Below are positions 44,300-56,123 of a stretch of DNA of 64,000 nt, in pieces. The position numbers and the translations under genes were made by a program. The stretch comes from Lama guanicoe (taxonomy: Eukaryota). The stretch spans positions 372,001 to 436,000 of the forward strand of contig MU056693.1 in NCBI GenBank assembly GCA_013239625.1, in the 5' to 3' direction. Every line of letters begins with the position of its first letter. The first letter of the stretch is position 1. The notes beneath the pieces were generated by a model. That model had not been told where the DNA came from. It saw nothing but the letters and a program-made list of their open reading frames with translations, and did no database searches.

Positions 44300-45320
44300 A
44301 AGTCACACGAGACAGCGTGCTCAACGGAGGCGGTGATGTGCTCAGGGGGCGTCGTAAATTGCCCCGCGTCCTGCCGCTCTCAGAGCAGAGGGCTCCGCCC
44401 CGCGCTGCGGGGGCGCGTGCGTCGTGCGTGACGTGAAGCACGACGGGGGTCGCTGCGTTCGTGGAGCCCGACGCGGTCATGCCTGCGAGCGCGGGGGGAT
44501 GGGCTAATTGCGTGCGTGCGTCCGTGCGTGGGCGGCCGCGGGGGTTGGGCGCGCGCGGGACACGGCCCCACCCCCACGGGGACTTTGGGCGCGGGTGAAA
44601 CCCTGGAGGAGGGTGGTGGAGGCTGCCGTTAACCCCTTCCTGCCCGACCTGAAACTTGTGGCCCCTCGACAGAGCGCGCGGGGGCTTCCCCAGTGCGCAG
44701 GGACCGTCCCTGCCGAGGGAGGAACCCCAGCCAGAGAGCTGAGAGACCCCTCCAGTTACTATGGGAACCGGAGCTTCCCGCGCGGCCCGGGCGCGTGCTT
44801 CCTCCCCCTTACCGCTCTTCCTCCAGCTCCATAGTCCACCCGACAATGCGCTTCCCGCTCCCGGTCTCTGGAGAAGGGGCTGCGTGACTCAGGATAGCCC
44901 GAGGGTCCCCTGGCCGCAGCCGACCTTTCTCCCCCTTCCCCACCCCGTGACTCACCCCTCGAGGCTTTCCCGCGTGTGACTCAAGACCCTGGGGAGGGGG
45001 CTGCGGACTCTGAGACCCCTCTTCCAGGCAGTGGGAACTGAGAACCAAGTAGTAGGGACTTCAAGCTTCGCGGGGAGGGGCCCTCCCTCCAGCGAGGGTC
45101 GTGTCTGGTGTCTTCCCTTAGCCAACCCCTGCCAAGGTCACTAGCGGCGTTCCCCCACCCAGAATTGGCAGGGCCTACCCCCCCAGACCTCCGGGAACCC
45201 AGCCCCCAGCCCCTCCCCGCCAGCCCACAGGAAGTTTTGGCAGAGCCTGTCGTGGCAATGAAACGGTTAAAGCCGTTTTCTTATTCATCCAGGGGCCCCT
45301 TTTGACTCAGAGCAAGCCAG
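44300..45320. promoter_or_regulatory. Orphan CpG island / JUNB upstream enhancer
   Basis: CpG-dense 44.3-44.85 kb; TGACTCA at 44885, 44948, 44977 and 45303; kB-like GAGGCTTTCC 44961; Ets CAGGAAGT near 45228. Confidence 0.65.
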
Positions 45321-47241
45321 GCGCCCCCTTGAGCCGGGCCTCGTGGGGCCTGGGTTGGTACTCCACCCTATATGTACCATTTTTAGAGAGGGGAGGGAAG
45401 GCTGTTGGTGAGCTGCCTTGGTTGGGGGGGGGTCTTGCGTAGCATGCGGAGTTGGGTTCAAATCCTGCCTCTGCCCTCATTGCTCTCTAGGCCTCAGTTT
45501 CCCCATCTGAAAATGGGGGATAATTATGACCAGCTTATTGTGGCCTTGTGGGATTAAGTGAATAATAGATTGGACGCTTTGTTTCTAGAGCTGGGCACAG
45601 AAGCAGGGAGGGGCTTGGCCGGCAGAAGGACCCAGGCTCTTCCTGTCTTTCAGGCCTGGGTGTCAGAGTGCCCAGCAGAAGCGAGTCCTTGTGGGGCAGG
45701 CCATGCCCCACCCAGGCGCTATGAGGCCATGGGGTTCATCCCGTCCACCCCCTGCCCGGGGCAGACACCCAGGAAGTGAGAGGCGGGGTAGGAATGAGGC
45801 GGAACCTGTTGAACCCGTCGCCCTCCCCATCCCCCACCCTATTCTGGGGACCTGACAAGCCCCCCACACCACAGGCCCCCCCCTATGCTGCTGCCCTACC
45901 CCCGCCACCCTGGACGCCTGGGTCCTGACCCGAGGGTGGCTGAAGGGAGGGGATGTCGGCGGAGACAGCGTCTCGGGAACATCCTGTGGACTGCTGGCTG
46001 GACAGACGGGAGGGTCAGCCCCTCCCCGGGCAGGGCAGGCAGAAATCGGCTGGGGGCAGAGTAAACATGGCCCAGAGTGGCCAGACTTGGGGGGGTGGCA
46101 AGGAGTGTACAAATACACAGTCACCCCGAGAGAGCCAGTCCACACACACACAACCCCTGTCACCCTGGCCACCAAGAGACTGCCAACCAGGGACACACTG
46201 ACAGGACCAGACATACATCTGGACAAGACAGCTGTCAAACAGACACAGTGACAGGGCAGTCTCAAGAGCAAGACTGACATGCTGCCAAATACACAAAGAC
46301 ACCAGCAAGCCAGAAGCATAAAGGCAGGGGGTGTGTGGCACAGATAAATCAACTCGGCATACAGGCAGGATGGACCCACTGACAAACAGAAGGACATTGA
46401 CATTCAGACAAGAAGCACATAGCCGGGCAGACAGCGGCATGCTCACAGGCACTTGGAGACAAATGTGACAGGCCAGAAGGACACAGGCAGGACGGACACA
46501 CCGAGAACCATGTGTCAGATGCAAATGGAAGACACATGTATGTTGATAGACTCAGGGAGAAAGGACAGTCACTTTTAGCACAAGCGCCTCGAAAGCTGCA
46601 CGAGAGATGTTCAGACACTATCAGATCCTGCAACAAGAGAAAGCAACACACATGCACACACGCTAGCAAGATCACCAACTCAAAAAGATACTCAGAGGCA
46701 AGAGAGACAAACATCAACCTATGGAGAGAGGGATGGGAAGGACATGTACACAGCAGGACAGATAGACCCCCGCCCCCACCCACACTCAGAGATGCCAAGA
46801 CTCAGCCTTACAGATACACCGTCCCTCACCGATAACACGCACGTCAGACCCTCAGACAGTTTGGGCAGATGCAAGCAGACAGACTGACATATTCACAGGC
46901 ATGGTCTGGCCAGACAGTCACACCCAGCATAAAGAAGCAGGGACAGGCCACAGTCAGACGTTCATAAACACGCTGGCAAAGAGACACCCTGACAGAACCT
47001 GTTGGCTAACACACACACACACAACCAGCCACAGAGCCCACATAGACACACACACATAGACCAGCCACAGACACAGACACACACCAGCTACAGACCTCAC
47101 ACACACACAGACCTCACACAGACAAGCCATGTACCTCACACACACACAGACACACCAGACACAAATAGGTTAGCCACGTGAACTCCAAAACAACCTACAT
47201 GTATGCATATAGGCCAGCCACATGCAACTTATTCCATAGAC

Positions 47242-47263
47242 CACACACACACACACACACACA
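47242..47263 (+). repeat. (CA)11 microsatellite within a CA-rich low-complexity tract (46.1-47.4 kb)
   Basis: Directly visible. Confidence 0.9.
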
Positions 47264-50200
47264 CCTTCCCCGCCGCCCACCACCCTAAAGTAGACAGGCC
47301 CTACACACCCCTCTAGGGTTGGGCCAACACAAAGACACATGCCCTGAGAAGACAGGCCTCACACACACTCTCACACGCCCCAACAGGCCAGCCACACACA
47401 AACCCACAGCTAGCCAGACACACGTGCGTGCTTCTGGACCATGCTGAGGTGCCTTGGGGCTCTGGGCTTCCCAGCCCATCTCTACCCCCACCCGGAGATC
47501 CTGGTGCTTCCTCTCTCCAAACATCGCCCCCACTCCCTCCCTGTTGTTTGTCACTTCCCCTAGGAGGCCTGGCTCAGCAGCCCCAGTCCCAGTGGGGTGT
47601 GGGCCTGTTTCCTTAGCACATGCCCTGTCAATGGGGCACCCAGGATCTCGGCCATGCTCAGGCCCCCCAAGACCTCACCAGCAGCTGGGGGGGTGGACAG
47701 AAACAACTTTGTGGGAAACTCCCCTCATGCCCAGCTGAGTCAGCCTGAGGAGACAGACTCTCCTTCCTGCTTCCAAGAAAACCAGGCAGCTTCCTCTCCA
47801 GGAGAGGGGTGAGGGACCCCCTAAACCACAGAGGTGGGGGAGGGAAGCAGCTGGCAAGCCAGGGGTTCCTGGGGGAGGGCCTCTAGGATTCTCAGCCTCT
47901 TCTTGCCAGCTGCCTGTCCACACCCAGGGGCAGGGACGAGGGAGCCTGGGTGCTCTGACTTGTGGGTTCTCGCCCTGGCCTGCCCACTGGCTGACTCACA
48001 GGCAGCCCCCAGCCCAGCTTCCTGGTGAGGGCCCTGCCGGCCAGTAGGGCCAGGGAGGAGGGGGTCACCAGGCTATTTATAAGAAGGAGAAGTCCCTCCT
48101 GCCAGGGCCAAAAGCCCCAGAGAGACCCGTGGGTGGGGGTGGGTGAACTTCCTCCTTATCCAGTCCCCCGGGCCCCAGGGCCCCTGGGCATGAGCAAAGC
48201 CTGGGCTCAGACTCCTCAGCCAGAGGCTGGTCTGGAGCCCAAGGCCTGGGCAGTACCCAGCTGCTAGTCTGGGCACCCAGAGCAGACGGAGGAGGGGGCT
48301 CTCCTCACACCCTCCTCACAGGCTGGCCTTGGCGCCAGTGGGGCGGCGTGAGGGGGTGGCGCCCAGGCCACAAGGGTGAGACTGGCAGGGGCCTGGAACC
48401 GGCTGTACCAGCTCAGCTGGGCCCCCGCCCTCCCTCACTGGTCCAATCCCCACCCCCTGCTCAAACTCCCATGCAGAGTGCATAGAGTGACAGGACCCTA
48501 CTCTGGCATGCTGGCCTGCCCCTAAACACACCAGCACCCCTCTGCCCTGTGCCCAACCCCATTTATCTCTGGATAAAGGAGACCCTCTGTGCAAAAGTCT
48601 GCAGAGCTTGGCGTATGATTGGTACTCCATAAATGCATCTCTGGTTGTGATTATCCACCCAGAAGTGGCTGACGTTCTATCTCAAGTCCAGCAGTTACAG
48701 ATGTTGGAACATCAGGCAAGTTCCTTACCTTCCTGGGACTAAGTTTTCTAGTTTGTTAAATGGGGACACAAATGGCATGCATTTTGCTGGGTTGTTGGAA
48801 GCAGGCAGGGAGTTATTCTATGTAAACCACTTAGAAGAGTGCCTGACCTATGGTAAGAGCCATATAAGTGTTGGCTATTAAAATAATAATTATTGTTTCT
48901 CAATCTGTCTGCCTATCTTCAGTGTCTCTGAGTAGTGCCATCTGTCTGCATGACTCTTACCCTGCATCTCTCCCAGCCCTGACCCCCACCCCCATACATC
49001 CCTGCTCTGTTGTTGCCCTCCATCTCTGCCCTCACTGGGCCAGCCTCACCTCTCTCCCTGGCATGGCCAGCCTCAGCACTGGTCAGGGCTGACTCACTAT
49101 GGCCTCCTGGCCTGTGGGACCTGCAGGTTGGCTTCCTGAGATGCTGCCCTCTGGCCAGATCTGCCCAGCCCCCCAACGCTGCCCGCTGCGCCCCCGCAGG
49201 GCCCAGCCAGATGTCAGCTGCAGTTATTAGCATGGGCGGGAGACACAGGCCTGGCAGAGTGCCTGCCAGACTCCGTGGCCACTGGAATCTCCCTTGAGCC
49301 TGGGGCGAGGGAGGGGAGTGAGCATTCAAACAAGAGGAGGGGAGGGGGGTACCCAGGGGTCACAAGGACCCTCCAAAGATGGGGACACCCCCAGCTCTTC
49401 ATGGGACCTTCCTCCCCAAGGCCACTGGTCTGCTGGACTTCCCCCTGCCCCCACAGAGCTCAGTTTCTCTTTTGCCTCTTTCATTTTCCTTCCCTCCACA
49501 CTTGGTGAGTTGTGTGTCTGCCCTATGAAGGCTGGCTAGCCCTTCTCTCTCAGCCTCTTTCCACCCTAAAGAAACTTCATGCTCTCCAAAGACAGAGGTC
49601 TCTCTCTCTCTCTCTCCCTCGGAGAAAGACAGAGAGGTTAAGATGTGGGGGGGGGGGAGTGGAGAGGAAGAGACTGAGCTTCTCACCTCTGGTTCTAGTG
49701 GCTCATATCCTATCTGCTTGGAAGTCTCACCTTAGGTCTAACTAGAAGCCTCATCATCTAAACCTTCACTCATTCCTGGGGAAGGGGCTCTGGAGGGGTT
49801 CTTTCAGATTCTCCCCTTGGATTTTCAGGTCCCTTCTGCCTGGAGGGGAGGAATGCCCTCAGATGAGGGGGTGGATCCCCCCTTTAGGTATTCTGAGTGG
49901 TGAGGAGACCCCCCCCACACGAAAACAGGAATAGGGCCTCTCACGCACATGAGTGAAAGAGGGAGCACCCCAGCCCCTAGGGATGAATGTGGGGAAGGAC
50001 CCCAGACCTCCTGACAGAAAGCAAGGGCGCCCTGCTCGAGGTACAAGGCAGCCGTGCCAGCCCACCAAGGCGCCAGGGTCGTCTCGAGGCATTGGCCCGC
50101 CCCTTCCGCGCCCTGTCGGGTCGGGCCGGGGGCGAAGTCCGACCCAGGCCCGCGGGCAGGCGGGGACCTGCCAGGCTGGGTCGGGCCGGGCAGGGCCTGG

Positions 50201-50380
50201 CAGGACGCAGCCCCAGAGCGGCTGGGTGGGGCCGGGCCAGGCGGCCGTGGGGGCCCCGGGGGCGGCGGCCGGGGCTGGTCGGGACTAGCCGTCCGGGGGC
50301 CCTGGCGCGCCCTGGGACCTGGCAGATACCCGGGCTCCCGGCTACAGGCTGGGGGCCCCGGGACAGCGCTGACCACACCC

Positions 50381-50400
50381 CTTCCTGTGCCCTAATATGG
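50381..50400 (+). promoter_or_regulatory. JUNB distal serum response element (Ets + CArG)
   Basis: CTTCCTG at 50381-50387 next to the perfect CArG box CCTAATATGG at 50391-50400, about 1.5 kb upstream of the TATA box. Confidence 0.8.
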
Positions 50401-51789
50401 GCGTCGAGGAGAGACTCCGGGGGCCGCCCCGCCCCCAGTCCTGCCCGCGGACTCCAGCCTGTTGCCAAGGCGATCAGGCCCCGCTCCCCGTGAGTCCCCC
50501 TCTGTCGGGCCAATGGAATCGTCCCCGGACCGCCAGCCTCCACAATCGCCTGCGGGCGCCGAGGGCTGAACCATTGTTGGGTGGGGGTCGGTGACTGGAG
50601 GCCTCGGCAGCTGGGCGTGTTCGGCGCACCCTCGTCTCCTGGGGGTCTCAAGCCTAGGTTCCTCTTCCGAGGCTCTGAACGCGGCTGGACCCAGGGTGGG
50701 GCGCATGGTCCGGTAGGATTCAAGTGACGGAGGCAGGGCCGGGCTCCTTCCCCCGGGGCTGTTGCCACACTTCCTGCCGCAGCGCTCTTTCCCCAGCCTG
50801 TTTCTAAGGAAGGAGTGGGGTTGGGCGACCGCGCCCCGGCCGTCGGGCTGGGTCTAGGCACCAGGAGCCGACACGGTGTCAGTCAAGCCCTGGGTCACTG
50901 GGGGAGGGCTTTGAGGTGGGAACAGAGTATACAGGCACCTAGAGGTCACCCACGAGAAGGGGTGCCGATCATGGAAGATCCATCAGTCCTTGTCCCCAGG
51001 ATCCACAAAGACCCCTCCTTCTTTTATGTCTCAACCGGGCACCCTCTGTCAGTGTCATCTCAGCTCTGAAGGAGTGCCCTGACCTTTCTAATTATCCTTC
51101 ATCGGGGCTTCAACGGTGAGCCCAGTGACCCCCCAACCTCTGACAGTGTCCCAATCTTCTACTCCACGCATTTTCCTTGACTCAGTATACCCCAGGACCC
51201 TCACCCACTTTCTGCATATCTAGATTCCCCCAATTCTTTCCCATTCCCACTTGTGGGGGACTCAGTCTCTCCCAGGGACTCCAGGACCCCTACTCATTTT
51301 TTTGCATAGTGGGGTTCTCCAGCCACTCCCGTGTATCCCTTTGGTCTCTCCTCCTTCTCACTTTTCCTGGGGTCAGTTCCTCCCGTGAAAATTCCAGTCC
51401 CTTAACCCTTCTGGACTCAGGACCACTACTCAATTCCTGAGTCAGGCGTCACCCTACCCTTCCCGGGGCTACCCTGCTTAGCTCTCCTGTCTCTCCTTTG
51501 TGGGATCTCTCAGTCTATTCTCAGTCCTCCAGCCCCTCTGGGATACTCTGGATCCCTCAGGCCTTCAGCGCGCCCTCCAGGACCACCCCGCAAGCACACA
51601 CACTTGCTCTGTACCAGTTCCTCCTAACCCTCATTGCGTATTCCAGGGAAATTATCGGCTTTCCTGGAGCCTCTCTCCGTGTGCCTCAGACCTCTCCAGC
51701 ACCCCCTTCGTTGCGCACCCCAGGGTCCCCTGAGCCCCTCCCCCTGCAGCCTTGCCGAGCCACCCAGCCCGTGGCCGCTGTTTACAAGG

Positions 51790-51950
51790 ACACGCGCTTC
51801 CTGACAGTGACGCGAGCCGCCTCCTCCCCTTCCCCACGCTCCAGGAGGGGGGCGCGGGGGCCTGGCTCCGGCGACGGCCAATCGGAGTGCACTTCCGCAG
51901 CTGACAATCGCCGTATAAAGGCTTGTGGCTCCGGCTGAGCGGCTGGGACC
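51790..51950 (+). promoter_or_regulatory. JUNB: JUNB proximal promoter
   Basis: TTCCTGACA-G-TGACGCGA (STAT/Ets plus CRE-like IL-6 response element) at ~51798-51815; CCAAT 51878-51882; AGTGCACT palindrome; TATAAA 51914-51919. Confidence 0.85.
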
Positions 51951-52229
51951 TTGAGCGCGGCCAGGCCAGCATCGGAGCTAGCTGGGAGCAGGGAGCAAGG
52001 GGGAAGCGACACCAAGAAAGCGAGCGTGCTAGAGAGGGGTAGGGGGGCTCGAAAAGCCGCACAGAGCTTCCGCGCACTGCCGCCGCTGGCCTCTCCCAGC
52101 CCGTGCCAGCCCCCAGGAACCCGCGTCCAGACACCCAGTCCAGCTACCGCCGCGGACAGCGCGCCGCTCGCTGCAGCGAGGCCCGGGGCGGCCCCGCAGG
52201 GACCCCCTCAGACCGCCCGGGCCGGCCGG

Positions 52230-53273
52230 ATGTGCACTAAAATGGAACAGCCCTTCTACCACGACGACTCATACGCAGCGGCGGGATACGGCCGGACTCC
52301 TGGCGGCCTCTCTCTACACGACTACAAACTCCTGAAACCCAGCCTGGCGCTCAACCTGGCCGACCCCTACCGAAATCTCAAAGCACCCGGGGCGCGGGGT
52401 CCCGGCCCAGAGGGCAGCGGTGGCGGCAGCTACTTTTCCGGCCAGGGCTCAGACACAGTCGCGTCGCTCAAGCTCGCCTCATCGGAGCTGGAGCGCCTGA
52501 TCGTCCCCAACAGCAACGGCGTGATCACGACAACGCCCACGCCTCCGGGACAGTACTTTTACCCCCGCGGGGGTGGCAGCGGTGGAGGTGCGGGGGGCGC
52601 AGGGGGCGGCGTCACCGAGGAGCAGGAAGGCTTCGCCGACGGCTTTGTAAAAGCCCTGGACGACCTGCACAAGATGAACCACGTGACACCCCCCAACGTG
52701 TCCCTGGGCGCCAGCGGGGGTCCCCCGGCCGGGCCCGCGGGTGTCTACGCCGGCCCGGAGCCGCCTCCCGTCTACACCAACCTCAGCAGCTATTCTCCAG
52801 CCTCTGCACCCTCCGGAGGCGCCGGGACCGCCGTCGGCACTGGGAGCTCATACCCGACGGCCACCATCAGCTACCTCCCACACGCGCCGCCCTTTGCCGG
52901 TGGCCACCCTGCGCAGCTGGGCCTGGGCCGCGGCGCCTCCACCTTCAAGGAGGAACCGCAGACCGTGCCTGAGGCGCGCAGTCGCGACGCCACGCCGCCA
53001 GTGTCCCCCATCAACATGGAAGACCAGGAGCGCATCAAAGTAGAGCGTAAGCGGCTGCGGAACCGGCTGGCGGCCACTAAGTGCCGGAAGCGGAAGCTGG
53101 AGCGTATCGCGCGCCTGGAGGACAAGGTGAAGACACTCAAGGCCGAGAACGCGGGGCTGTCCAGCACTGCCGGCCTCCTCCGGGAGCAGGTGGCCCAGCT
53201 CAAACAGAAGGTCATGACCCACGTCAGCAACGGCTGCCAGCTGCTGCTTGGGGTCAAGGGACACGCCTTCTGA
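52230..53273 (+). CDS. JUNB: Transcription factor JunB (AP-1 bZIP), intronless, 347 aa
   Basis: [15 protein letters not shown]... start; basic region [28 protein letters not shown]; leucine zipper; ...GVKGHAF*. Confidence 0.99.
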   Translation: MCTKMEQPFYHDDSYAAAGYGRTPGGLSLHDYKLLKPSLALNLADPYRNLKAPGARGPGPEGSGGGSYFSGQGSDTVASLKLASSELERLIVPNSNGVITTTPTPPGQYFYPRGGGSGGGAGGAGGGVTEEQEGFADGFVKALDDLHKMNHVTPPNVSLGASGGPPAGPAGVYAGPEPPPVYTNLSSYSPASAPSGGAGTAVGTGSSYPTATISYLPHAPPFAGGHPAQLGLGRGASTFKEEPQTVPEARSRDATPPVSPINMEDQERIKVERKRLRNRLAATKCRKRKLERIARLEDKVKTLKAENAGLSSTAGLLREQVAQLKQKVMTHVSNGCQLLLGVKGHAF

Positions 53274-54064
53274 GCGCCCCCCTTACCCCCTCTGTACGGA
53301 CATTTCCCCAGCCTGGACGGCTGGGCGCCCGCCTCCCATGGGGCAAGGGGGCAGGCGGTGGGCACCGGCCTTGGGACCTGGGGGCGCCGCAAACCACACT
53401 GGACTCCTGCTCGCCCGCTCTGCGCCCAGTCCTTCCACCTCGACGTTTACAAGCCCCCCTTCCACGTTTTTTGTATTTTTTTTTCTTGCTGGAAAGACTC
53501 AATTCATATTGGATATAATATATTTGTGTATTTAACAGGGAGGGGAGGAGGGGGCGATTGCGGCGGAGCTGGCCCCGCCGCCTGGTACTCAAGCCCGCGG
53601 GGATACTGGGGAGGGGACCTCCGCCCCCTGCCCTCCCCCTCTGCAACGTACTGTGGAAAAGAAACACGCACTTGTTATCTAAAGAGTTTATTTTGATGTG
53701 TTTGTGTGTGTGTGTGCGTTTGTTGTTCGGACTTTTTATTGAATCTATTTAAGTAAAGAAAAAAAAAGGTTCTTTATTAATTTGTTGTCTTTTTTTCCAA
53801 GCCGGGCGGGCGGAGGGAAGAGTACTGGGCGGCCCCCACCCCACTGCTGTTTATGCCTCGTTCTAGTATCTGTGTCATCCTCGCCAGCTCTGTTCAGGCA
53901 TCTTGCGGCCCCAGTTCAGGTGTCCAACCCTTCTTGCGTCCCCTCATCTTCCAGGTTGGGAGGTCCAGGGCGGTTACGCGGTCCAGCCGGCCAGCACCAG
54001 AGGCCGGGATGCCTGGGGCGAAACGCGCAGTGCGCGGGCGCGGCCCCGCCCATCCGCGCGCGCC

Positions 54065-54250
54065 GGGGCTTTCCCCGCTGACGCAGCGGAAGCGCTGTCC
54101 AAACATGGGCCGATTCTGCCCAGTGACGCGACGGCGGTCTCCGGGCAGATTCCGGGAATCCCCTCCCCCGCTCTGCCGGGCAGGGCCGCGGCGCCGGGAA
54201 GGGGGCCGGGATTTTCCCAGGCAGAACGCTGCCGAGGCCCGGAAAGCCCC
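54065..54250. promoter_or_regulatory. JUNB 3' flanking inducible enhancer
   Basis: kB sites GGGGCTTTCC 54065, GGGAATCCCC 54154, GGGATTTTCC 54208 and GGAAAGCCCC 54241; STAT TTCCGGGAA 54150; CRE-like TGACGC at 54079 and 54124; Ets CGGAAG 54087; CArG-like CCAAACATGG 54099. Confidence 0.85.
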
Positions 54251-55777
54251 AGGCCTGGGTCCAGAGCGTCCGCGGTGGGCGGGCCGCGCTCCTGAGCTCT
54301 GGGAGCCACCCCAGATCCTCCCCACGTCGGGCTGGCGCCTGGGCCCTGTCGCGCCCACGCCCGCTCCGTCTGACCTGACCCGGGCAGGGGGTTGCAGTTG
54401 CCTGCGCGTCGTGACTGCCGCGGTCCCCCCACCCCCGCCAGGAAGGGCGGTGCCCGTCTGCCAGTTTCCCCTCCCGGGTGCCAGGCCTGGAGCGGGGCGA
54501 CTGCCAGGTCTGGTCCTGCCGGGGCGGCTGCTTGGGCCGCCGGGCGCCGCCGCCGCCCTCGCGTGGGGCTGCTTCCCTGGTAGCTGGGACGGGTGGAGGG
54601 AGGCTGGTGAGCCCCGAGGGGGTCTGGTTGGCTTCGGAGCTGGAGGCCCCCAGAGCAGCAGAGGAAAACACAGGCCAAGAAACCAGGCCACAGGGGCGAG
54701 GTGGGTTAAAACAGACGCTTTATTAATTCATTTATAAAATACTGAACAACCTGGCCTTGGTGTCAATCCTGGACCAGGGCAGACAATAAACAAGCAAACA
54801 TGATTCGGAGATGGTGGTAAGTGCTAGGAAGAGAAAATACTGGTCAAAGTAGTAGTGATGGGGCAGGAGAGGTGAGCTGCTTTGGAGAATGGTTGGGGAA
54901 TATGAACCTTTAATGAAGTGATTTTTCAGATTTGAAGTCGAGCCCCGAGAATCCTGAGTAACAGCTCTATGGGCATTGGGAACGGCACATGCAAAGTTCC
55001 TGTGGCCTGATCAAATCAGCCTGTTAAAGAACAGCAAGAAGCCAGTGTGCTGCAATGGAGTGAACCAGGGAGAGACGAGGTCAGGGAAGACCACGCAGGG
55101 CCTTGGGGAGTGTAGATAAAACTCCAAGGCTGAGAAGAGTGACCTTGGAGCATATTAGGGTGGGTAGCAATATTAATAATGGGCCTATGGATTAAATACA
55201 CTTATCAATCTTGTTCTGTGGAAGGAAATGGGGGCTTAGAGTGGTAAAGCCACTCACCTGAACATGCACAGCATCAAACTGCACTCCTTCTAACACTGTC
55301 TTGCTCCTAACACCTGCCTTCCAGCTTAACTCTCATCCTTCCACTCCCGGGGTAGATGGAAAGCCCTTCCAGTCTGGGGTGGGGCAGAACTTGCAGGAGG
55401 GACTGGGTGTGTACATCAAGTTCCCACTCTTGGTTCTGCTCTCAGGATTGAGTCCCCACCTTCTTTCAGCCCCAGGGCCCTGCTCTTCACATACTTTTAG
55501 ATCCCTTTTAACGTGTATAGTGATGTGGGTTGGTTGTCTTTATTCCCAATTTGCTGTTGAAGAGACCCAGGGAAGATCACAGCTCTTAAGAAGCATTTGA
55601 ACCCAAGCTGGTTGTTGGCAAGGTGCGAGTGCTGCCCTGAGTAGCCAGGTTTCAGGTTGTAAGGCAGCCTGGGACTTGCTCCCCCTGCAAGGGGCAAACA
55701 GCGCCACCTTCCTCACCCCCCAACTGCCTTCAGGCCAAGGAAAAAGAGGAAGAGTAAGCGCTGAGCGTGAGGTGCGA

Positions 55778-55791
55778 CTGCCACCTTGTGG
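55778..55791 (-). promoter_or_regulatory. CTCF motif (reverse)
   Basis: Minus strand CCACAAGGTGGCAG; weaker similar half-sites at ~55677 and ~55700. Confidence 0.55.
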
Positions 55792-56123
55792 TGGAGATCA
55801 GTAACTACAGTCAGTTTCCCAGACCAGAGCCTGGAGAAAGGGGGCGGGGAGTGGTGTGCTACCAACACCAGGACAAACCACACGAACACAGACTTAACTG
55901 TCCCGAACACTTTATTGGTCACCTCTAGGCCTGTGTCCTGGGAGGGGGTCACCATTCACCAGCTCCCAGCTGGGAGCGTGAGAAGGCCTTGGCCTAGCCC
56001 TTTAGGGCCATGGACTGTAGAGTCTGAAGGGGGGCAGGTCTGGCCTTTCCTGGGTCAGCGCAAGGCACCCAGATAGGTGCACAGATGGGGGCCAAGAGCC
56101 AAGTTTGCCACCTGTCTGCCAGC

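Noticed and set aside
43866-44846. 326-aa minus-strand ORF, and similar ORFs at 45663-46403 and 49977-50861
   Set aside because: Low-complexity TG/CA or GC-rich sequence with no recognisable domain or splice structure.
53853-54737. Several overlapping 230-294 aa ORFs downstream of JUNB
   Set aside because: Pro/Gly/Arg-rich translations on both strands of a CpG island with few stop codons; the region is explained as an enhancer.
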